Source: Verrucomicrobiota bacterium (lineage in GTDB: Bacteria > Verrucomicrobiota > Verrucomicrobiia > CAIQCK01). Taken from it: 64,000 nt of DNA. Shown here one piece after another: positions 56,132 to 64,000 of the stretch. Within the stretch, counting starts at the first letter, position 1; each line of letters begins with the position of its first letter. The stretch lies in contig JAPLTX010000061.1 in NCBI GenBank assembly GCA_026397915.1, positions 94,731 to 158,730 on the forward strand. Reading direction: 5' to 3'. The notes beneath the pieces were generated by a model. That model did no database searches and had not been told where the DNA came from. It saw only the letters and a program-made list of their open reading frames with translations. Position numbers and translations under genes: made by a program.

Positions 56132-56497
56132 ATGCCCAAACATTCCCTTGTCGCCATCATCGGCTTCGCCAACAGCACCGTCGCCGCCGTGGAGAACGCG
56201 CTGCCGCAGTGCCTCGAAAAGAGCGTAGACCCGCGCATCATCGCCGCAGAAGTCAAAGACCTCTGCGCGCAAGTCCTCGCCACCGACGGCCAGGTCCGGA
56301 ACCTCCTCAGCCAAGCCAGAACCAAGGCTGCTGAATTGGCCAAGCTCAAGCGCCAGCTCTACAACAAGAGCAGCCAGTTGGTGGACATGGGCATCCTCGT
56401 GTGCGGGAAGAAACAACCTGCCGGGCACGAGTTCTCGAAACTCCGCAGCAAGCTGCGGCGTCGCCGCTCGCCTCAACGACCAGACAAGAGAGCCTGA
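56132..56497 (+). CDS. hypothetical protein
   Basis: 121 aa ORF with ATG; basic C-terminus. Confidence 0.3.
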   Translation: MPKHSLVAIIGFANSTVAAVENALPQCLEKSVDPRIIAAEVKDLCAQVLATDGQVRNLLSQARTKAAELAKLKRQLYNKSSQLVDMGILVCGKKQPAGHEFSKLRSKLRRRRSPQRPDKRA

Positions 56498-57287
56498 CGC
56501 CTCCACCGACGTGCGCCTTGCCTCCGCCGCGGCCCCACCCGGCCATTCCGCGGACCTCCGCGGCGACGGCGCGACACACCGCGCCCTTCCCACACAACAC
56601 CCCGGAACCAGCGCGGCACAGCGCGGGCTTTCCGCGACACTCCCCCGCTTCTCCGTGGAACTCCGCAGGTTGACCGAGACACTCGCAGGAACAACCGCGG
56701 CATCGGGGCAAGCACCGCCCCACATCAACCTCCATACCTGTGCGTGCCGCCGGCTCTCCGAGTGGCCATATCTCGTCACCGCAGACTGTCGCGGCGGCGT
56801 CTCGAAGGATCGCGGTGCCGCCGCAGAGCATCCCGGAGCCTCCGGGGAAGCCCCCGGCGTGACCGCGGAGTGTATCGCCGGCGGCGTGGCACTCATTGGC
56901 GCATCCGCGTAGCGCATTGGAGACTCCGACGAAGCGGGGCGTGTATTACCCCGATGCAGAACACACGTGTTTGTGGGAAAACACGAAGGTTTTGTTTCTC
57001 CTGCTCTGCCAATGCGAAACTTCAGAGCGCATTACCGTTTCCGCGCCTGCTTATCCCCCATTGCCTACAGAGCAGCGTGGAGTAATGGAGTCGTGCGGCA
57101 GGCCAATCCAATACTCCAGCACTCCAGCACTCCACTCCGCCATGCCCTTGCCGCTCTCCATCGTCGCGATGTCGGGACGGTAGAGCGACAGCGCGCTCTT
57201 GCGCGTTGCCAGGTAAAAACCTGTGTTGAGCCACACGGAAGAACGAACGGATGCGCAGCGGCTCAATACACGGGCGCGCAAATCGTT

Positions 57288-57833
57288 CTACTTGACCGTC
57301 GAACCGGTTGCCTTTTCGAGTTGAAGGGAAATATCCGTGTGATGATGAACCAACTTCCATTGGCCGCTTTCCTTGCGGAAGACGTTCGTCGCGCGGTGGC
57401 TGACCGTCACCGGCTTGCCCTCCGCGCTCATGTTCTGGCCCTCCTCGACGCAGACCGTGTAACCCATGTCGGCGCCCGCTTGGACAATCACGTCGGTGCA
57501 GACAACACGCCCGCCGAGCTTCATGCCGGCCTCTTTCTTAAACTCTCCGCCCACCGCTTTCCAACCGGTCAACCGTCCGCCGAACGGCCCCATATCGGTT
57601 ACGTCGCCGCGGTGCGACCAGATCGCGTTCATGGGCGCAAGATTGCCGGCGAACATCGCGTTGAGCGCCGCGTAGAATTGATCATTGGCGGCGCGAAGTT
57701 CCTTTTCCGCCGACGCGCTCGATGGCGCTGCGCCCGCGGCGGCGGATGATTGTTGCTGCTGGGCAAAGCCGGCGTTTATTGCCAGACACGCCACCAAGAC
57801 CAACGGCCAAGGAGTAATGATATTTGGTTTCAT
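57288..57833 (-). CDS. NTF2-like/SnoaL-like (DUF4440-type) secreted protein
   Basis: signal peptide, ...DQFYAALNAMFAGNLAPMNAIWSH... NTF2-fold pattern. Confidence 0.45.
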   Translation of the reverse strand: MKPNIITPWPLVLVACLAINAGFAQQQQSSAAAGAAPSSASAEKELRAANDQFYAALNAMFAGNLAPMNAIWSHRGDVTDMGPFGGRLTGWKAVGGEFKKEAGMKLGGRVVCTDVIVQAGADMGYTVCVEEGQNMSAEGKPVTVSHRATNVFRKESGQWKLVHHHTDISLQLEKATGSTVK

Positions 57834-58085
57834 GTGGATGTGCGGTTAGTGGTTGGAGCGCTGCTGGCTCCGTAGTTTATTCGATTCGTGGGGCGAAACT
57901 AGGCCGTCACCACGCGATGCGCAAGGGCCAGCCTCTCCCTCAGTCTCCCCCCGCCTGCTTCTCCGCCATCGCCGTCAGAGCAGAATGGAGTATTGGAGCA
58001 ATGGAGTTGTGGAGTTGTGACCCCGGACTCTTGAGAACAGTCTGGTTGGGTTGCGTTTGCTCTTTTCGTAGGGAATTATTTTGGT

Positions 58086-59147
58086 ATGTTGGACGCCATG
58101 TTTCGCACGCAGGACTTGCATGTAAAAGAGATTGTGCCGCTGCTCTCGCCGCGGGCGATGCGGGCCTTGTCGCCCACACCAGAAGAGGCGAAAGGTGTTG
58201 TGGCCGGAGCGCGGGAACGCGTCATCCGCATCCTCAAGCAGGAAGATCTGCGGATGCTCGTGGTCATCGGGCCGTGTTCCATCCACGACGAAACATCGGC
58301 GCTGGAATACGCGGGTCGCCTGGCGAAGCTGCAAAAGGATCTGGCCGACAAGATGGAGATCGTGATGCGCGTCTATTTTGAGAAGCCGCGCACGATCATC
58401 GGCTGGAAGGGCCTCATCAACGACCCGCACATGGACGGTTCGCAGGACATTGAGACCGGCTTGAAGATCGCGCGGAAGCTGTTGCAGGAAATCAACGGCC
58501 TGGGCTTGTCGGCGGCGACGGAGTTTCTCGACCCCATCGTCCCGCAATACATCGCCAACCTCATCACCTGGGCGGCCATCGGCGCGAGGACGACGGAATC
58601 GCAGACGCACCGCGAGATGGCCAGCGGCTTGTCCATGCCCGTGGGCCTGAAAAACGGCACCGATGGCAGTTTGCAGGTGGCGATTGACGCGATGGGGGCC
58701 ACGGCGCATCCGCACAGTTTTCTAGGCATGAACGAAGACGGCGTGACGAGCATCGTCCGCACGAACGGCAATCCCAACGCGCACATCGTGCTGCGCGGCG
58801 GCCGGGCGATGACGAATTACGACCCCGCCAGCATCAAGGCGGCGGAGCAGAAGTTGATTTCCGAAAAGCTGCCGCCGGTGTTGATGGTGGATTGCAGCCA
58901 CGCGAACTCGGAAAAGAAATTCGCCAGACAGGAGGAAGTCTGGCGCAGCGTCATCGAACAACGCGTGGGTGGCACCCAGTCGCTTATCGGCCTGATGGTG
59001 GAAAGCCACCTAAACGAGGGCAACCAGCCCATCCCGAAAAACAAGCGCGACCTGCGCTACGGTGTGAGCATCACCGATTCCTGCGTGGGCTGGGAAACCA
59101 CCAAGCGCATGTTGCGTTGGGGCTACGAGCAATTGAAGAAAGTATAA
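58086..59147 (+). CDS. aroG: 3-deoxy-7-phosphoheptulonate (DAHP) synthase, class I
   Basis: 353 aa; IGPCSIHD, KPRT, full-length AroF/G/H similarity. Confidence 0.9.
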   Translation: MLDAMFRTQDLHVKEIVPLLSPRAMRALSPTPEEAKGVVAGARERVIRILKQEDLRMLVVIGPCSIHDETSALEYAGRLAKLQKDLADKMEIVMRVYFEKPRTIIGWKGLINDPHMDGSQDIETGLKIARKLLQEINGLGLSAATEFLDPIVPQYIANLITWAAIGARTTESQTHREMASGLSMPVGLKNGTDGSLQVAIDAMGATAHPHSFLGMNEDGVTSIVRTNGNPNAHIVLRGGRAMTNYDPASIKAAEQKLISEKLPPVLMVDCSHANSEKKFARQEEVWRSVIEQRVGGTQSLIGLMVESHLNEGNQPIPKNKRDLRYGVSITDSCVGWETTKRMLRWGYEQLKKV

Positions 59148-59280
59148 AGCGCCTCAGGATGTTCCGTAGCCGGATGAGCGCGCCTGTCCGGTTTTTTCGC
59201 CGATAGGTTCTACTCTCTGAGCATACCCGATCTTTGCTGCGCTTCGGGCGGGCATGGCACCCGGTTCAGAAGGTGGCGAC

Positions 59281-62200
59281 TCAACGGTCCGAAAAACGCC
59301 GAAGCGTTTTTAGTTCGGCACCGGCATAAGCACGGCGCTTTTCCTGGAAGTAGTTGTATTCAGCTTTTTCCGCATCAGTCCACGTGTTGTGCTGCGTATA
59401 GGAACCGCAGAATGGGATGAGCAGATCCAGCCAACAGGCGAAAGTGCGTTTTTCGTTCTTGCTGACCTTCACGTCGTGGTGGGTCGGTTCAAAGTAATCC
59501 ATGATCTTGCTCTTGGATGCGCCCGTGTGATACGGCGGGAGCGCCCCGGTGCGGCTGCGGGGCTTCAACCATGCCATCCACGGGTTCTTGTCGGGATTGC
59601 CGGAAGTGGTGATGTTGACGTAAGACTGCGTGTAGGCGCGTTTGGGATCCACCTGTCCTGCGCCGATCAACTTTACGCTCTCCGGCTTGGCCACTTCTCC
59701 GGTCAGGCTGATTTTGCTCTTCCCGATTTCTGAGACGTTGTGGCAGCTCACGCAGTGCCTATCGAAGATGGGCTGGATTTCCTGGACGAAACTGAAGCCG
59801 TCCACCGGCGCGTCGGCGTCGGGCGAGCGTGGAACGTTGACCCCCAGGTAGTTCTCCACACTGTCCGTCCACGACTGGGACGCCAGCCGCCTCAGCAGCG
59901 GATGTTCCTTGCCTGCAAAGGGCTTGAGCTTCTGGACCGGCTTGGAGAGAGCCACCGTAGTTACGCGGGTGGTCGGCGCCTGCGCCCCCGCCTGCATTTT
60001 GTTCTCATGGCAGCCAATGCAGGAGAAATGCTCGCCGTTCTGGAGCGTGGACCAGCTTCGCATGGATTGGATGGTGTAGCCTCTGGCGTCGAGGACCTGG
60101 AAATAGACCGGCGTGTGCGCGGGCACCTCAAAGCTGCAACTGCCATCCGATTCGATGTCAACTTCCCCGAGGACATGCTTGACGTCCCAACTGCCACTGT
60201 TCAGCGAGATCGGCGTCTGGCAAAGACCGGTCTCGCACTCGCCCCCGTTCTGTCCGTAGCCCATGCGAGCGGCGCGATACTCCAGGGCGACGACGCGGAG
60301 CTTCTTGGCCGTGCCACGCGCGACACCGGCAAGGCCCGGCCCTGCATAGATGTCCTGCACGGTGTAAACCCCGCAGTTGTCCCGGGGGCGGACGAGCGAC
60401 GCGAGCACGGGGGGCGGAGTGCGTGGCATGACGGGAATGGCCAAGCCCGTGCTTTGCCAATCATCGAACGCCAACAACTCGCGCACGCCGTCGGGCTTCA
60501 TGTAATAGACGCCCAGCGGAGGATTGAACGGGCCAAAGGGCGGCAGATAACCCTCCGGGCAGAACGAACAGAAGTAGTTCTCCTCATCGAACGCATAGGG
60601 ATGCGAATACTGCGGGCCGAACTGTCCGAAAATGTCTATCTTGAGGTCGAGGTGGGGTTTGGACGGATCCGGTGGCTCGGGCTTGATGAAGTCGGCTGAC
60701 TCGCGCCCGGGGGCTCCGTTGAGCTTGGTGTTGACAAATTCGATGCCCTTGCCCGCCTGCATGCCTTTGGTGCGGTCTATGAGACCGAGCTTGCCCTTGT
60801 AGATAGAGTGATGCCCGGCGATCACGGCAATCGCTTTCTGCGACCCAGGGATGCCACGCGCATGGATAATCGCCGCCGGGAACATGCTGTAGTTCCCGTA
60901 GTATGCCGTCTGTGTCGTGCCGTCCGGGTTCATGGAAATAAGTGGATGGGCGAACAGCGCGTTGCGGTCGTTGTATTCCCAGCGGGTGAAGACGATGCGG
61001 CCGTCGTCGAGAACTTGGGGGTTGTTCGACATGAGCTGGTCGAACGTCAGGCGGCGGATATTGCGGCCGTCGGCGTCGCAGCAATAGATGTTCCCACCAG
61101 CGCGATACCAGCAGTCGCTGATATGCACGTCGCGTGTCGAGGTGAAGACAATGCTACCGTCCGGCAGGAACGTCGGCTCGCAGTCGGCGACGGGCAGGGG
61201 CTTGCCGTTCTTCACAATGGGGAAGGTGATCTGCCTCACCCGGCGAGTCGCCATGTCCATCGTGTAGAGGTAATAGGAGTCGGTCTCGAAATTGTCGCGC
61301 ATGGAAAAGACCAGCGTGCGCGCGTCCCATGAGAGGTTCGGATAGCAGATGGCGCCCTCGGGCTTTTCGAGCAGCACCTCATGCTTGACCGTGCCGTCCT
61401 CAAGCAGGGTTCCCATGCAGAGCTGCCCGCCCTTCTTGAAGCCGTAGGTGTAATCGCGGATCTGCTCGTCGGGAAGGTCGTATTTTCCGGCAAGGCCCTG
61501 CATGCAGCCGAAAATGCCGTGCTTGGCATAGATGAACTGGGTGGCCTTCTCACGGACGGCCTGAAGGCGAGCCTTGCGCCGGGCGGCACAAGCGTCGAGA
61601 TACAACGAGCGCCAGCGCGGATCACACGCGGCGACTTCCCCGCCGGCAAGCTCATCCAGCCGCTGCCACAGCTTCTTCACCCCGGGATCATCATTTGGGA
61701 CCCGCCCCAAAACCTTCTGCACCATGGAGCTTTCTTTTTCGCAGTCGCTGTCCGACGTAAAGACACGGGCAATGTCGAGCCCGGCATCCTGATAGAGCCA
61801 GTCGCGCTCGAGCCGGTGGCGAGGGAACGCGACGTCCGGCGGGTTCTTCACGGGGAAATCGGCAGGGCGTGCGTCATAGCAGGTGATTTCCGCAATCTGG
61901 ATGTTCAGATTCTTCCCGTCGCCCGCCGTCGGAAGCCCCACCTTGCGACACCAAGGGATCTGCGACTCAGGCATCCACGGCCCGGGGTAACGCTTCTGGT
62001 AGGAGTCGTTCACTCGCACCTTCAGGTAGCGAGTCGTGACCGGGGACCACTCCACGAAGGCGGAGTTGGAGTTGGACGTTGCGGGCAACTCCTGGTTCTC
62101 CGCCAGCGGCCTGACTTGCTCCCGCCCCTGTGCGTCAGCGCAGGCGGAAATGCTCACGTTCTTCGCCAGCACGTAAACCCAGGCGTTGCGCGCCACGAAG

Positions 62201-62637
62201 CGCATCCCGGAAACCGTCCGTTCTGATCCCAAATCCAACACGAAGGTGGCCGTCACAGGCGGCTCCGCCTTGGACGGACAAACCGCCGTGCTCTTGCCTG
62301 TGCGCGTGTCGTCCAGCAGACAAGCGTAGGTGCCCAAGTCGCCGTCAATCATCTTCCCCACCGCATACTTCCCCGGCGGGTTCGGGAACCACTCCGCATC
62401 CGTCCACACGGCAACCGGTCGGAACTCCGCCGCCGCCAGCGGGCAGGCGGACAAAACCAGCGCCTGCACAAGTTGTGCGACTTTGAGAATAGAAGATGGA
62501 AGGATGCGAATTAGAATTCCCTCCGCCCAGCATTGCTGGCATCGGGTTTCGACCTGCTCACCGGGGCTAAATCTCCACTCCGCGCGCTGCTCTGGCTGCA
62601 TCGCTGTCGCCGTGTTCATCGCTGGTTTCCGTGGCAT
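59281..62637 (-). CDS. large secreted multidomain protein: discoidin-like, PD40/TolB-like beta-propeller repeats, two C-terminal CXXCH (PSCyt-like) heme motifs
   Basis: CIGCHENK and HCVSCHNV cytochrome c motifs; WD/PD40-like repeats; hydrophobic N-terminal segment; start uncertain. Confidence 0.6.
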   Translation of the reverse strand: MPRKPAMNTATAMQPEQRAEWRFSPGEQVETRCQQCWAEGILIRILPSSILKVAQLVQALVLSACPLAAAEFRPVAVWTDAEWFPNPPGKYAVGKMIDGDLGTYACLLDDTRTGKSTAVCPSKAEPPVTATFVLDLGSERTVSGMRFVARNAWVYVLAKNVSISACADAQGREQVRPLAENQELPATSNSNSAFVEWSPVTTRYLKVRVNDSYQKRYPGPWMPESQIPWCRKVGLPTAGDGKNLNIQIAEITCYDARPADFPVKNPPDVAFPRHRLERDWLYQDAGLDIARVFTSDSDCEKESSMVQKVLGRVPNDDPGVKKLWQRLDELAGGEVAACDPRWRSLYLDACAARRKARLQAVREKATQFIYAKHGIFGCMQGLAGKYDLPDEQIRDYTYGFKKGGQLCMGTLLEDGTVKHEVLLEKPEGAICYPNLSWDARTLVFSMRDNFETDSYYLYTMDMATRRVRQITFPIVKNGKPLPVADCEPTFLPDGSIVFTSTRDVHISDCWYRAGGNIYCCDADGRNIRRLTFDQLMSNNPQVLDDGRIVFTRWEYNDRNALFAHPLISMNPDGTTQTAYYGNYSMFPAAIIHARGIPGSQKAIAVIAGHHSIYKGKLGLIDRTKGMQAGKGIEFVNTKLNGAPGRESADFIKPEPPDPSKPHLDLKIDIFGQFGPQYSHPYAFDEENYFCSFCPEGYLPPFGPFNPPLGVYYMKPDGVRELLAFDDWQSTGLAIPVMPRTPPPVLASLVRPRDNCGVYTVQDIYAGPGLAGVARGTAKKLRVVALEYRAARMGYGQNGGECETGLCQTPISLNSGSWDVKHVLGEVDIESDGSCSFEVPAHTPVYFQVLDARGYTIQSMRSWSTLQNGEHFSCIGCHENKMQAGAQAPTTRVTTVALSKPVQKLKPFAGKEHPLLRRLASQSWTDSVENYLGVNVPRSPDADAPVDGFSFVQEIQPIFDRHCVSCHNVSEIGKSKISLTGEVAKPESVKLIGAGQVDPKRAYTQSYVNITTSGNPDKNPWMAWLKPRSRTGALPPYHTGASKSKIMDYFEPTHHDVKVSKNEKRTFACWLDLLIPFCGSYTQHNTWTDAEKAEYNYFQEKRRAYAGAELKTLRRFSDR

Positions 62638-63136
62638 TGTAGGCAGCCGCCACCGATGGGCAAGCGCAAAAACCCACGCGAACCACTTCCGCTTCGTCTC
62701 ATTTCCGACCGTCGCCTTCGGAGCAGCAACGGAGCAGTGGAGTGATGGAGTCGTGCGTCAGGCAAACCCATTACTCCATTACTCCATTACTCCGCTTCTC
62801 CACCACTCCATTCCGCACCGCTCTCGCCGCTCTCCATCGTCGCGATGTCGGGACGACAGAACGACAGCGCGCTCTTGCGGCCGACGGTGATGATGTTGTC
62901 TGTTAACGAAAGCCGTGAAGTCGTCGGTAGTTGACCCGCCATGTCAAGAATCAGGAGTTGACCCGACTCCAACACTCCACCAGAATGCTGGACATGAAGT
63001 CCGGCGTGCCGGTTTGGATTGGCTCGGTGGCGATCACATGGGTGACCGGCTACGAACGATGCTGGACGCGGCGCTGCGGGGGAAAAGCAAGGGAGACGGA
63101 ATGCTACGCCTCTTCTCCAATCAGACGGGAGAAGAT

Positions 63137-64000
63137 ATGAGAGTCAAATCACGGTTCGTTGCGTTCATGTCATTTGCCGCGTCGCTCGCCGTCCTGTTTT
63201 CGCCGCCGGCATACGGCGATTGGTCGTTTGCCATGATCGGGGATACTCGCGGCAATGACGCCGGCTCAGACTCAGGAGTCAGCCCTTACCTGAACACCAT
63301 TGCCCAACGGATGGCCACGATGAACCCGACGATGGTGCTCGTATCCGGGGATTTGTGCAGCGGAGACCTGGCAGGATCCACTTATGCCGATTTCACCAAT
63401 GAGTTCAATACGTGGAAGACGGCGATGACGCCCATCTCGTCCCTGGGGATACCGGTCTATCCGGTGCGGGGAAACCATGAGAACGAGTTCATGGACGCCC
63501 TCCCGCCCAACACCGATTTGAAACAAGCCTACTACGACACCTTCGGCGTGAACCTGCCAACGAACGGTCCGAACAATGGTCCCGGCGACGACCAGCGGGG
63601 ATTCTCGTATTCGTTCACCGTCAACAATGTAACCGTTGTCGCAGTGGACCAATACTTCTATTTCAACCCCAGCAGCGGCTACCACAGCATTGACCAGAAC
63701 TGGGTCACTGAGCAGCTTCAGTTGTCCTCATCGCCGTTCAAGGTCGTCATGGCTCACGAGCCGGTCTTCATGGCAACGGGCCAGGACTTGGGAGAACATT
63801 TCTTCGGAACGGATGCGGCGGGTTTGCAGGCGCGGAGCGATTTCTGGAACGCACTGGGCACGAACGGCGCGCCGTTGTATGTGGCCGGCCACGTTCACAA
63901 CCTGAGCGTCAGCAGCGCACAGGATGACTTCGGGAACACCGGCTATCAGTTGACCTCCGGCAACGGCGGTGCGCCCTTCGACAATGCCTCCATAAATGCC
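63137..64000 (+). CDS. calcineurin-like metallophosphoesterase, secreted (partial, runs off window)
   Basis: signal peptide; GDTRGN, GNHE, GHVH metallophosphatase motifs; no stop before window end. Confidence 0.6.
   Translation, partial: MRVKSRFVAFMSFAASLAVLFSPPAYGDWSFAMIGDTRGNDAGSDSGVSPYLNTIAQRMATMNPTMVLVSGDLCSGDLAGSTYADFTNEFNTWKTAMTPISSLGIPVYPVRGNHENEFMDALPPNTDLKQAYYDTFGVNLPTNGPNNGPGDDQRGFSYSFTVNNVTVVAVDQYFYFNPSSGYHSIDQNWVTEQLQLSSSPFKVVMAHEPVFMATGQDLGEHFFGTDAAGLQARSDFWNALGTNGAPLYVAGHVHNLSVSSAQDDFGNTGYQLTSGNGGAPFDNASINA

Overview
High-GC (~62%) window from a Verrucomicrobia/Planctomycetes-like chromosome (pseudopilins of the GFTLVELLVV type, PSCyt cytochrome-c proteins).

Host, left side (1-15052, minus strand unless noted):
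- A type IV pilus / type II secretion-like operon: three prepilin-type pseudopilins, gspF/pilC, a gspE ATPase, a pilT carrying a frameshifting internal deletion, and a pilB-like ATPase.
- gatC-gatA-gatB.
- A Gfo/Idh/MocA oxidoreductase.
- The 5' part of a DUF3365(heme CXXCH)-HAMP-PAS-HisKA_2 sensor kinase (plus strand).

Inserted element (about 15053-50723, ~35.7 kb): the sensor kinase gene is interrupted by a Mu-like transposable prophage.
- Ends: imperfect 27-bp terminal inverted repeats with a MuA-like CGTTTCAAAC core; CTAT flanks both ends.
- Early leftward operon: Ner-like protein, ParB-like protein, MuA-like DDE transposase, MuB-like AAA+ ATPase, small translationally coupled genes, Gam-like and GemA-like proteins, a 3D-domain cell-wall hydrolase, a radical-SAM CxxxCxYC enzyme.
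- Head genes continuing leftward: Mu F, G, protease I and major head T homologues, gp36/gp37-like.
- Siphovirus-type tail: tape measure, tip protein, and two He_PIG/PT-rich tail fibers.
- A GT2-glycosyltransferase/O-methyltransferase fusion at the extreme left end.
- Rightward arm: XRE regulator, two paralogous secreted proteins, holin/spanin-like membrane proteins, terS-terL-portal.
- The prophage carries several families of short tandem repeats (AGCTGAR heptamers, GGAGTGNTG octamer hairpins shared with the host, GC palindromes) and a repeated RBS-start cassette that gives consecutive early genes identical ...SEATR C-termini.

Host, right side:
- The kinase remnant, encoding its HATPase domain.
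- An intact REC-PAS-HisKA_2 hybrid kinase.
- NIPSNAP protein, GAPDH, an NTF2-like protein, DAHP synthase.
- A 1118-aa secreted discoidin/PD40/PSCyt protein.
- A partial metallophosphoesterase.

No CRISPR array, rRNA, tyrosine/serine integrase or obvious tRNA was found.
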